A DNA stretch of 63,976 nt, the filler included, from Corallochytrium limacisporum Hawaii (lineage: Eukaryota > Protista > Pluriformea): NCBI GenBank assembly GCA_002811645.1. It is 5 parts of 5 records of this genome, joined end to end, with 100 filler letters (N's around TTAATTAATTAA, not from the genome) between each part and the next. Parts side by side here need not be neighbours in the genome. Positions count along the whole stretch, not along the records: positions 1 to 25,583 come from PDIP01000156.1; 4 more parts are not named here. One strand, written 5' to 3'. The position numbers and the translations under genes were made by a program. Under the pieces are notes generated by a model. That model was not told the DNA's origin. It searched no databases and saw only the letters and a program-made list of their open reading frames with translations. Each line of letters begins with the position of its first letter. Position 1 is the stretch's first letter. Below are positions 11,905-21,709 of the stretch, piece after piece.

Positions 11905-12546
11905 ATGGCCATCCACGGGAACAACATCCTTGCCAATCCCCATTTCCACAAGGACTGGGACAACCGCGTTAAGACCTGGTTCAACCAGCCTGGTCGTAAG
12001 AACCGCCATCGCCGTGCCCGGGCTGCTAAGGCTGCACGCATCGCTCCTCGCCCTGTTGCCGGCCTGTTGCGCCCTGCTGTGACATGCCAGTCTATCAAGT
12101 ATAACTTGCGCAAGCGCGAAGGCCGCGGCTTCACTCTGACTGAGCTGAAGAAGGCCGGTATTAGCAAGAAGGTTGCCCGCACCATCGGTATTGCTGTTGA
12201 TCACCGCCGGGATAACAAGAGCGAAGAGAGCCTGGATGCCAACGTGCAGCGTCTTAAGGAGTACCAGAGCCGTCTCATTGTCTTCCCTAAGAAGAAGGGT
12301 AAGGTTCAGAAGGGTGACTCTGCTGATGTTTCCGGTACCACCCAGCTCACCGGTGCTATCATCCCCATTGTCAACGACAAGACCGCCGAGCAGGAACCTC
12401 GTGCTATCTCTAACGAGGACCTCGCTCGCAGCGCATTCAAGACCATGCGTTTCGCACGTGCCAACGCCCGTCTGGTCGGAAAGCGCGAGAAGTGGGCCCG
12501 CGAGAAGGCTGAAAAAGAGGAGGAGAAGAAGCGTAAGGGTAAGTAA
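11905..12546 (+). CDS. RPL13: 60S ribosomal protein L13 (eL13)
   Basis: [18 protein letters not shown]...APRP...GRGFTLTEL...IGIAVDHRR...NVQRLKEY. Confidence 0.97.
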   Translation: MAIHGNNILANPHFHKDWDNRVKTWFNQPGRKNRHRRARAAKAARIAPRPVAGLLRPAVTCQSIKYNLRKREGRGFTLTELKKAGISKKVARTIGIAVDHRRDNKSEESLDANVQRLKEYQSRLIVFPKKKGKVQKGDSADVSGTTQLTGAIIPIVNDKTAEQEPRAISNEDLARSAFKTMRFARANARLVGKREKWAREKAEKEEEKKRKGK

Positions 12547-13115
12547 ATGGTATGAATGTATCATCAATTGGATCATTTACTGTGCAGTTTTGCACGCGAA
12601 CATAATTTCTTCAAACAACCACCAACTTTCCAACACTCATCACAACACAAAATCATGTCCCATCATCGCGGAAGTCAATTTTCGGGGAAGGATCTCTGTC
12701 TGATGAACACCAGATAGATCCTTAAACATGGCGAGAGCTGAATAGTGCCAAAGCTCTCCTTCGGTTCCAATTGTCCTATCTTCCTTTCTCTTTCCAATCT
12801 TCCACCATATGTTTTTGCATTCATTCAACATCTTCAATCATTTGTTGGTGGGAGCTTTAGTGAAAGGAGAAAGACCTGACGAATGGAGATGCTTTTCCGC
12901 CTTACCTTGCAACGTTCATTGAGGCATTGATCAGAACAACTTCCCTTTGTAACCGAACTTTGGATGATGGAGCCCTTTCTTCCATCTTTCGTTTTCATTA
13001 AATCGTCAAACTAGCATCATGTCATAATCTAGAATCAACTGGTGTCACCTTTCTGTAATTATGGTTTGTCCTATGTTCACTTGTTGCATGTGATCTTGTG
13101 ATCTTCACACTTTCG

Positions 13116-15317
13116 CTAGTTCTCCTTGGGCAGGAAGATGCGCTCCGGCATCTGTCCCAAGTGTTTCGGGTTCGTCGCGTGCCTGGCCTTAAGAGGTACC
13201 AGACGATTCTGGTGGTACATGTCCGAGTCCTGCTCGACCTTAAGTTGACCACATGCGGCGCTAATGTCTTGACCCATGGTACGGCGCACAGTCACGCGGG
13301 ATGGCCCGCCTTCCATGTGACGGCGCAGAACACGCACAAATTCTGCAATGCGATGCGGGCTTGAAGGTTTCATGGCGGAACCGGTCCAAGGGTTGAAGGG
13401 AATCAAGTTAATTACATGGGGAATATTACGAACAAGAACGGCCAATTCTCGTGCCAAGTCCGGGCTGTCATTGATGCCATCAATCATGACATATTCAAAC
13501 ATAATGGGTTTGGACGGAGTCAAGCCGCGGATGTTGGAAAACACCTGACATGCTTTCATCAGATCCGTGATTGAGTACTGTTTGTTTAGTGGCACCAGTC
13601 CGGATCTGAGACGGTCAATCGGTGCGTGCAGGGAAACAGCTAGCTGAACCTTCGTGTCAGTGGCCAGGCGCACAATATTGGGTACCACACCAGACGTAGA
13701 AACAATTATCTTTTCCTGCCCAATCTTGAGACCGGCACTGTCGGAGATGATATCGATGGCCGATTTCACGGAGCGATAGTTCAGTAATGGTTCGCCCATG
13801 CCCATGAACACAACCTTACGCACCAACTGCTGCGGGGATGTCTTGGTGTCGGGCGCTATCGCTTCTTTGTCGTCGTAATCGTCCAGAGCTTTGTCTGCAG
13901 TGATTTCCTCTCGGTAGTACCGACTACGGCGGCGCTGTTTGCGCAATGCTGTGAGTTCCTTCGCTTCACGGTTGCGTGCAAAGTCACCGACTTGGTTCTT
14001 AACGTGCCAGACTTGGGCAACGATTTCTTCAGCAGTCAGATTACGTAGCTCTTTGTTGCTCATGGTGCCCGTGCGGCAAAAGCGGCAGCCGACATTGCAG
14101 CCGACCTGACTACTCACGCAAACCGTACCAGATTTAACCCCTGGTAATGAAATCTCACCGAACGGGCTACGGATTACGCCATCCCCGCAATTGTTGCTCA
14201 GTTGAGTCAGGACCTGGAGTTGAGTCTCCACACTTTCGTCGTCATCGCTGGTATTGATGTCAATATCCAGGTCCTTGCCATGGTCATCTTCCATCTCATC
14301 ATCATTGTCCTGATTTTCCAACTGACCAGCGATACTCAATCGTTGCTGTTCTGTCAGGGGTCGTTTCTTCTTGTTCGAGGGCATAAACTTGCGATTGTGC
14401 TCCCACTCGTCAATCTTGGACACAGGGTCTGGAATGTAAACCGTTTCGATCCGCCCGCCGGTTGGAGTCTTGAGCACCCACTTGACCGTAAAATCTTCCT
14501 GGCTTTGTTCCTGTGCGATGATGTCGCCGACGTCAGTGATGTACTGTTGACTGAGCGCTTGCAATCGTTGACGTGACAGCCGAATCTGTGGTCCACCGCG
14601 ACCGTGTCTGGGCCGGTTGGATCCAAGCTGTGACTTTCGCTGCTCTTTCTCCGGCGTCATGGCTCCATTATGTTGAAAACTGTCTTCTCCCGTGCTGTCG
14701 GTCGATCCTCTCGCTGTAAGGGCCGGCCGCTCACTTTCTCCACCGCCAGAGCCCAAGTGTTGCAAGTGCAAGATGCCTTCATGGTAGATGCGATTCCACA
14801 GCTCTGTGGCACCTTGTGTCCCAAGGATCGGATTGCGGCTGAGTTCGTCCCGGGTCAGGCGCAGTAGGTTTGCTCGGGGACTGTTCTTGGCAAAAATTCC
14901 TCGCAAATCTGCGCGTTGTTCATTGCCGGTAGCATTCATGAAGCCCTTCCCGCTACCTTCTTCAGCCAGTTTGTGGTCCACCACATCACGGTAAATCTTT
15001 TCAACCGACATTCCACTGAGGCTGGGAGCGTGCTCCGCCTTGAGGGAGCGACGCACAGAGTTCGGCAGAATGTGTCTAATGCCGGCATCTACTTGGATCA
15101 TGTCTCGAAACTTTGCTAAGCGTTCTTCCTTGCTCATATACTTGTGTTCTTCATACCGCTTCCGTCTCAAGCTACGCTTTTCTTTGCTCATATTGACACG
15201 GGGATGGGTCACACCGCCGTCATTGTCAGGATTCACCCCGTGCAGCCATCGTTGCTGACTATACAGCCCAGATCTGACAGATATTCGTGTCCCTCGCATT
15301 CCTTTTGAGGCCAGCAT
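13116..15317 (-). CDS. rlmN: RlmN-type radical SAM RNA methyltransferase with probable mitochondrial presequence and large insertions
   Basis: TVCVSSQVGCNVGCRFCRTG (CxxxCxxC plus upstream Cys), RNLTAEEIVAQV, VFMGMGEPLLN, VSTSG, LAVSLHAP, FEYVMIDGIND, NLIPFNPW, DISAACGQL. N-terminus is Arg/Ser-rich and acid-free. Confidence 0.9.
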   Translation of the reverse strand: MLASKGMRGTRISVRSGLYSQQRWLHGVNPDNDGGVTHPRVNMSKEKRSLRRKRYEEHKYMSKEERLAKFRDMIQVDAGIRHILPNSVRRSLKAEHAPSLSGMSVEKIYRDVVDHKLAEEGSGKGFMNATGNEQRADLRGIFAKNSPRANLLRLTRDELSRNPILGTQGATELWNRIYHEGILHLQHLGSGGGESERPALTARGSTDSTGEDSFQHNGAMTPEKEQRKSQLGSNRPRHGRGGPQIRLSRQRLQALSQQYITDVGDIIAQEQSQEDFTVKWVLKTPTGGRIETVYIPDPVSKIDEWEHNRKFMPSNKKKRPLTEQQRLSIAGQLENQDNDDEMEDDHGKDLDIDINTSDDDESVETQLQVLTQLSNNCGDGVIRSPFGEISLPGVKSGTVCVSSQVGCNVGCRFCRTGTMSNKELRNLTAEEIVAQVWHVKNQVGDFARNREAKELTALRKQRRRSRYYREEITADKALDDYDDKEAIAPDTKTSPQQLVRKVVFMGMGEPLLNYRSVKSAIDIISDSAGLKIGQEKIIVSTSGVVPNIVRLATDTKVQLAVSLHAPIDRLRSGLVPLNKQYSITDLMKACQVFSNIRGLTPSKPIMFEYVMIDGINDSPDLARELAVLVRNIPHVINLIPFNPWTGSAMKPSSPHRIAEFVRVLRRHMEGGPSRVTVRRTMGQDISAACGQLKVEQDSDMYHQNRLVPLKARHATNPKHLGQMPERIFLPKEN

Positions 15318-16066
15318 TGTTTTAAACCATTGGTATCACCACCTGTCACCACCTATCGCTGGTCAAACATGATTCTACAATGTCTTCACTAGTCCCACCG
15401 AATCCTCATGTGCTTCAGCAACCAAAAGAGACAATTGTGTTTCAGTTGTATTTTCCTTTCTCTGGTGTCTTAGTATAACGAAGATCCTTAAAAGTCTGTA
15501 CTCCCTCGAGGTGAAAATAGCTGGCTTGGTTTTTGGAACCTGGCAGCAAGCGGTCGACCACTAGGGGGGTGGGTCATGCGGCCCTCGCGAGGGGCGGGTC
15601 GGTCTCAATGTCACTCCCTCCCTCGCTTTCTCTCAACCGCCTCGGATCCCGGACCGATGGTCAGCTCCCCCTGCCCGTCCCCTTACAACCTTTGCTCTTC
15701 AGGGGTTAGGTGTGCGGCTCTCCATCGGTGTGTGTCTGCTCACCCCTTCCGTTTGCTTCGATCTTGGCCACCTTCTGCACGACCTCACAAGGTGGCGTGC
15801 CCTGTATGTGTTCTTTGCGTTTGAGTCCTGTGCCCGGTTTGTTCTTTGAGCGACAAGGTGTCAAATCGGAAGTTACTAAACACGGAAAATGACAAAACAC
15901 ATGAGTATCAGAGGTGTTGTTTGTGGAAAAACACCTAGAGACCCCGTGTCCGGTTCTACGCAGTGGGGATCCGCAACCGTGAAATATACTAGTCAAAATA
16001 GACACTGCAAACCAACCATGGATTAACAGTTCGTAATAGACTAACTGGGTTCATCACACACTGAAC

Positions 16067-19000
16067 ATGACAGCTTTACTGGCATTGGTGAGAGTAGGTC
16101 TCGAGCTGGCTCTGCTGGGTCTCATCATGGGCTACCTTCGGGCAGTGCCGTACGTTGGCCCTGACGAGGTTTTTAATCTCAATGTCGTGCACGATGTACA
16201 CATGCACGGGGTTGTAGATGTATCACATTATACACACTCACACTCACCAGAAGCATTTTTCCAAGCGGCACGTCTACATTCTTTCTTGGGACCCATCGTC
16301 CTTGCTGTCTTGGTCCAAGGGCCGGTACAGCTTGCACAGATTCCCATTATGGCCAATCTGCTCAACAGCATATTTGGTTTAGAGGCGCCTCCGAGTCCGG
16401 CGCAGATACAGATGCTAACAAGGGCAACCATGGGTTTCCTGGTGTGGATAACAATCATCTTCTTCGAACGGTCGCTAGTCATCGCCGCACGTGGCTCCCT
16501 GCGAATTGGCGTAGCCTTCATGGCACTTATGATCTCACAATTTCATTTCTCGTTCTTTGCCAGCCGGTCTATTCCAGACATGATCATCATGCCGGATGTT
16601 TTGCTGACGCTCGGTCTCTTTCTCCGGGAGAAGGCTCATGCTACAACGTACTATGGCTCGGCCTATATCATGATAACGCTGATATTCTCCCTCGCGGTAA
16701 GCATGCGGGCGGAGCTGCTACCGCTGGCCTTGACGCTAGGCGGAGCGGAAATATATCTCAGCAACCAGAGACTCGGCGGAGTCATTGACGGCCATCTACG
16801 GAACATTCATACGGGACGAATTCTGTTGTGTGCGTTAACAGGCGTGGTTCTGGGTGTTGGCACCGCGGTGGTTGTGGATTCGCACTTTTGGCCCTGGGCG
16901 TCTACAGACGGTACCGAGAGTGCTATGTTGGAAGTGTCGCAGTCGAAACCTATCGTTTGGGTCGAAGGGGAGGCGTTGCGAGAGGTCGTAGGCAGCATCG
17001 TTGGCAAGACATTGGCTGACGATGGCTCAGCACCCGAGGATGCAAACGGATTTCTGCCTGATATGTCTCATTTGCAAATGGATGATGCCTTGGATCGGAT
17101 CATCGAGGATGTGAGCGGCACGTATGACAACATCATAAGCAATACAAAGCAGCAGGTACAGGACATTCACCAGTACGTGATCGCCAACACGGCCAATGTC
17201 ACCGAGGGTCAGAACGAAACCACAGCGACTCCAAACGGTACTGAGGTGTCCGTCATGGCCGAAGTCAAGCCTACGTATGCTGTGGACGCCGTTCTGAGGG
17301 CTCTGGTACCATCGAATATAATTGCGCACATGGAATTGTCCCCGTTGCTGGGATCCTGGGTTGACGTTGTACGCGGAGTGACTCCGTACCCGGACCTGCT
17401 CTACAATCAGAGCGAAGTTACCGCCGCTCATCGCAGAGAAGTAGACGGTGCAGAGCCGCAGCGCCTGGACATTGACGGTGCCGGGCTGGCCCGCTCCTCT
17501 CCTCTGTGGTACTTTTATGGGGCCCTTCTACTGGTTATCGGCCCGGGCGTCTTTGCACTGCTCTGCGGCGCTGTGGTCGGGAGTGCCTTTGCTGCTGTTC
17601 CCGGTTCTTACATCGTCTACCGCCAGGGGCGGGCCAATCAGCGTCCCGCTCGTTTCTTTGGAAATGGCATCGTCGACGGTGCAGCAGATATCCATGGGGA
17701 CTTGGACCTTGACGCTGGCATCGACGATCAGGTGGATGAAGGCTTTGTCGGATCCACCGATCGTATGCCACACCGTCGCAGGAATAATGGACTGAATGGC
17801 GCTTATCATCATCACACGCATGTCGTTGAGGACGATGAAGACGATCTAGGACCTGTTGGAGACCACAACCGCGACCCGAACTACTCCGTTGTGGCCAGTT
17901 TCCTACCATCACCTGTCCGCAGGACGCATCACTCGCAGAACGGCAGCAGGCAGGCAAAGACAAGCACTAAGCACCGATTTCGCACACAATCTGCTGCCGT
18001 ATCGCTTGGACGTTCAGCTTTACGGACCGGCGCCGGTTCTGGGGCCCTATCCACTCACGCCCGATCAGTGGCCACAGTCCCAGTGGTTGACCTTGTCGAC
18101 CTCGGACGGATCACCACCACCAATGTCGCCTCAGCCGCAACCAGTGGTCAGGTCACCCCGGGTCTTCTACTTTGTATTGGTATGGTACCCGTCGTGCTGC
18201 TCAGTTATCTACCAGTCAAGGACCACCGATATCTTTTGCCACTGGTGCCTGTACTCACAGCAGCAGTTGCGCTTTACCTTGACCGTTCCCTGCGCCTGAG
18301 TCAATCGTCTCTGCGCAGGATCGTAGTCGTCGGCCTCACCATCGGTGCGGTGGTGCTCAATAGCGTGTTTAGCACTGCATTACTTGCAGTGCAGAGGCAT
18401 GACTATCCCGGTGGGCACGCTCTGAATGCTCTCGCGCAGGCACTGGATCCATGCGAGCCCCTCCCGAAGGCGTACCGTCGCTCCACTCTTCGTGTTCTGG
18501 TCGACGAACGGAGCCAGGAGCTTGGGGCGGTGAGCACTGCCTTTGAACTCGATGGTACGGCTTGCTCGAAGCACAGTACGTTCTCTTGGCAGATTATTAC
18601 TGTCGACATGCTCGACCGCCAACACCGTCTCGCCCAGAAGGCTGAAAGAGAACGACGGCGCGACGAGGCTGAAGCGGCGCGGCTGGCCAAACTGAATCGG
18701 TCCACAGAGCACACCGTTGACTTTAGACAGGAACTATTGGAGAGCCTGGAGGTCTACGTTCCTTTCTTCAATGCTGCCTATTATCTCGCCACGACACTGC
18801 CGTCCGACCTTGCTGACCTGGTTTCATTGAATCCATCTGCGTCAACCCTCGCCGTCGCGGAGACGGCAGTCCTCGACACTTTTGATGCGCTCGTCCGTGA
18901 TGCGCGTGTTCCTCTGCCTGCTGATGCGCGCACACGATTCGTGCCCGTCGACGCCTATCCGGCATTTGAAGGTACTGTGCCAACCTATGTCTGTCTCGAC

Positions 19001-19126
19001 GGAATATTGCCGCCAAGGATCTTGGCGCGGGCGGGTATTGATGAGTGTCAGTCACTCCCGCTTCCGGACTTTCCGAATGCTGTGGTGATCTACCTGAGAC
19101 GGGATTTGTATGATATGTTGGGGTAG
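16067..19126 (+). CDS. ALG12-like (Alg9 family, GT22) dolichyl-P-Man mannosyltransferase, divergent and enlarged
   Basis: PY..DEVFNL..VHD (cf. PYTKVEESFNLQA.HD), SFLGP, SQFHFSFFASRSIPD, RAEL, VDSHFW, WVEGE, WYF, SYLPVKDHRY, DYPGGHAL; multiple TM helices. Confidence 0.75.
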   Translation: MTALLALVRVGLELALLGLIMGYLRAVPYVGPDEVFNLNVVHDVHMHGVVDVSHYTHSHSPEAFFQAARLHSFLGPIVLAVLVQGPVQLAQIPIMANLLNSIFGLEAPPSPAQIQMLTRATMGFLVWITIIFFERSLVIAARGSLRIGVAFMALMISQFHFSFFASRSIPDMIIMPDVLLTLGLFLREKAHATTYYGSAYIMITLIFSLAVSMRAELLPLALTLGGAEIYLSNQRLGGVIDGHLRNIHTGRILLCALTGVVLGVGTAVVVDSHFWPWASTDGTESAMLEVSQSKPIVWVEGEALREVVGSIVGKTLADDGSAPEDANGFLPDMSHLQMDDALDRIIEDVSGTYDNIISNTKQQVQDIHQYVIANTANVTEGQNETTATPNGTEVSVMAEVKPTYAVDAVLRALVPSNIIAHMELSPLLGSWVDVVRGVTPYPDLLYNQSEVTAAHRREVDGAEPQRLDIDGAGLARSSPLWYFYGALLLVIGPGVFALLCGAVVGSAFAAVPGSYIVYRQGRANQRPARFFGNGIVDGAADIHGDLDLDAGIDDQVDEGFVGSTDRMPHRRRNNGLNGAYHHHTHVVEDDEDDLGPVGDHNRDPNYSVVASFLPSPVRRTHHSQNGSRQAKTSTKHRFRTQSAAVSLGRSALRTGAGSGALSTHARSVATVPVVDLVDLGRITTTNVASAATSGQVTPGLLLCIGMVPVVLLSYLPVKDHRYLLPLVPVLTAAVALYLDRSLRLSQSSLRRIVVVGLTIGAVVLNSVFSTALLAVQRHDYPGGHALNALAQALDPCEPLPKAYRRSTLRVLVDERSQELGAVSTAFELDGTACSKHSTFSWQIITVDMLDRQHRLAQKAERERRRDEAEAARLAKLNRSTEHTVDFRQELLESLEVYVPFFNAAYYLATTLPSDLADLVSLNPSASTLAVAETAVLDTFDALVRDARVPLPADARTRFVPVDAYPAFEGTVPTYVCLDGILPPRILARAGIDECQSLPLPDFPNAVVIYLRRDLYDMLG

Positions 19127-19314
19127 AGGTAGTCAGGTAAAGGGAAACTGTAAAAACCATCACGGAAGACTATAGAAAACGATAATAGCTTTTCAAAATA
19201 GAATATGTAGTTATACCCGCATCCTGCTCTTGTTCCGCTCATTCAGAAGATGGCACCTCTGAGCACATTGATAATCGAATGATGTTCTCTTTCTCCTTGT
19301 TTAGATGATGGAAT

Positions 19315-19698
19315 CTAGCGGTCCGACGGTCTGCTCTCTTTAGTCTGTTCACGGTATTTGTAGAGGAACGCCTTCAGAGGGTCATAATAAGCATCAAAAC
19401 CCAAACTCTGAATGGCCCACAGAATGTCTTCACCGTTGATGGTCTTGCGCTTTTCGTTTTTACACCGATCGCTTGCTTCAGACGTGATGAAGGAAATGAA
19501 TTCACTGACGCACTCCTGCACGCATTCCTTGGCATCCTTGGCGACCTTGCCATTCTCCGGCATGGCATTACGCATGATTCGTCCGACGTTTGCAATCGGC
19601 AGGAACCGATCCTGGTCTCTGATTACGTTCGCTGGGGTGGCGCCATCTTCCTTATCTACGGAGTCACCGTGGTTCGATCCTTGGTCGCTGTCAGGCAT
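19315..19698 (-). CDS. NFYB: Nuclear transcription factor Y subunit B (Hap3)
   Basis: [16 protein letters not shown]...[43 protein letters not shown]...LGF. Confidence 0.96.
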   Translation of the reverse strand: MPDSDQGSNHGDSVDKEDGATPANVIRDQDRFLPIANVGRIMRNAMPENGKVAKDAKECVQECVSEFISFITSEASDRCKNEKRKTINGEDILWAIQSLGFDAYYDPLKAFLYKYREQTKESRPSDR

Positions 19699-21055
19699 TC
19701 TTGTGTGTCAAATGTACTTTCGGCCTTTCGTTTGCTCTCCACTCAACTAGCTAGCCACGCGTTGCAAGTTTGGTCTGTGTCTCTGCTATCACTTGACCTC
19801 AAAGCGAAAAGGAAAGCCAAAAATTGGGGAGCTTCAAGACCCGCTGTCAGTTCCCTTAGTTTTCTCTTTGGTCTCACGGTTCCTACAGGTGGCTTCAAGC
19901 ACCTACACGCTTCGAAGTTTTAATATTCCACACTACTAACCTCTCTGATCATCCTTATTCGATCTGCTCAACTGCAAATGTTTAAGGACCTATAGCTCTT
20001 GAAATGAATCATCTATGGTACAATGTTTGGATTGTTTCAAGGTGATGAATTAAAGTTATATGTCCAAACACAGCTCCACAACTAACCGATGCACACCGGC
20101 AAAAATAACAAAACAGCGGTAACAATCGACTCCAGCATCACCAGGTGATTGCTGACCGAGCGGTGCCTCAAGGGGTCCGAACAAAAACGCAATCATTCTA
20201 CTACTCCCACAATACTCACACCGCAGCGTTGGTGAACGCGGGTCCGTGGCGGCGCTGTTATTTTTTTTCCAACTCTGCTCCGTTCTTGTTTCCTTCGTCC
20301 GCTTCGCCTCCTTCGTCCTTCGTCCTCCTCCCCCTCCCCTCNNNNNNNNNNNNNNNNNNNNNNNNNNNNNNNNNNNNNNNNNNNNNNNNNNNNNNNNNNN
20401 NNNNNNNNNNNNNNNNNNNNNNNNNNNNNNNNNNNNNNNNNNNNNNNNNNNNNNNNNNNNNNNNNNCCCCCTCACACCCCGCTACGGCACTTCTTGCTCT
20501 CCTTCCCTGGTGGCTCTTCTCCGAATTTCATTTTGCTGCCTCGTACGGCAGTACTGAATGTACTGGGGCATGCCGTCTCCCGGGGTCCCCGCCAAAAAGC
20601 AAGGAAAGAGAAGCCCCATTTTCTTTTTTAAGAAAATAGAGGTTTGGCGGCTAAGAGTGACGAGAGAGAGAGGGGAGAGAGAAAAAGAGTCATTGGACTC
20701 TAAACAGGGGGGGGGGCGGACACCACCCTCTCCCNNNNNNNNNNNNNNNNNNNNNNNNNNNNNNNNNNNNNNNNNNNNNNNNNNNNNNNNNNNNNNNNNN
20801 NNNNNNNNNNNNNNNNNNNNNNNNNNNNNNNNNNNNNNNNNNNNNNNNNNNNNNCCCCCCCCCCCCCCCCCCCCAGCCTTCGTCGGGGACAGGTCGCAGG
20901 GGGCCCTTTTCGCACCGAACCGGACCGGCTTTTCGGTATATTTACTATCGACTTTAGAAATCGGCAGGGTTGGGGGGGAGGGAGGAGGGGAAAAAAGGCC
21001 CCGGATTTCGCAGAAAAAGTTTCGATTGCCGCCCCTCCTCCCTCGAGCTACGTTG

Positions 21056-21084
21056 CCAATGATTGGTGGGAATCTGTGACCAAT
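21056..21084. promoter_or_regulatory. Cluster of three CCAAT boxes
   Basis: CCAAT 21056-60, ATTGG 21062-66 and CCAAT 21080-84, next to a GC-rich tract upstream of NF-YB. Confidence 0.35.
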
Positions 21085-21709
21085 CACAGCGCTGTAACGG
21101 GATCGTATAGTGAGTGTACCAGGGGGACGGAGGGAGGAGACGTCAAAAGGTCCGATGGCCGCTTATGTCAGAGGCCAGCATCGCCATCCGGCACGAGCAG
21201 TGGCGTTGCATTTTAGGTTGCCCACAAAGAGTCCAAAACCCGCCGCGCATTTGGTGTCTTATGATGTATTTCTTTTCTTGGTTTAGTTTTTTTTTTGGTG
21301 GAATAGCGATATGTGTTGTAACAAACGAAAAGACAATGGGGAGCACATCAGAGCTTGGAAAGATGCCTTGACGCGGGAGATAGCAAGGACTCACTAAGAG
21401 CACTGTTAGGCGTCACCAGAGCGGAATAGATGCCAGCACAGTCCGTCCTTTCCAGCAAGAAGAGAATACAATTTGGTTCTAGGGTTCCTCTTCAGAAAGA
21501 TACCACTCTCTTCATGACCCGACATCGTCAGTGCTCCACGGCCGCGTCACTTATGGACAGCTGCCAGCCTTGCAACTCCCACTGTCTGAGGTCCTCGATT
21601 CGTCTATCCCATCCCATTCTGAACGCTAATTTCTGGCCCAATACATTCTGTTCCGCATACTGGTTGCTGGCAGGATGCATCAAGACGACTGAACTCCATA
21701 AAAACCACT

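Noticed and set aside
12700-12745. CTGATGA suggesting a hammerhead ribozyme or C/D box
   Set aside because: No stem II plus GAAA core, and no properly placed terminal stem and D box.
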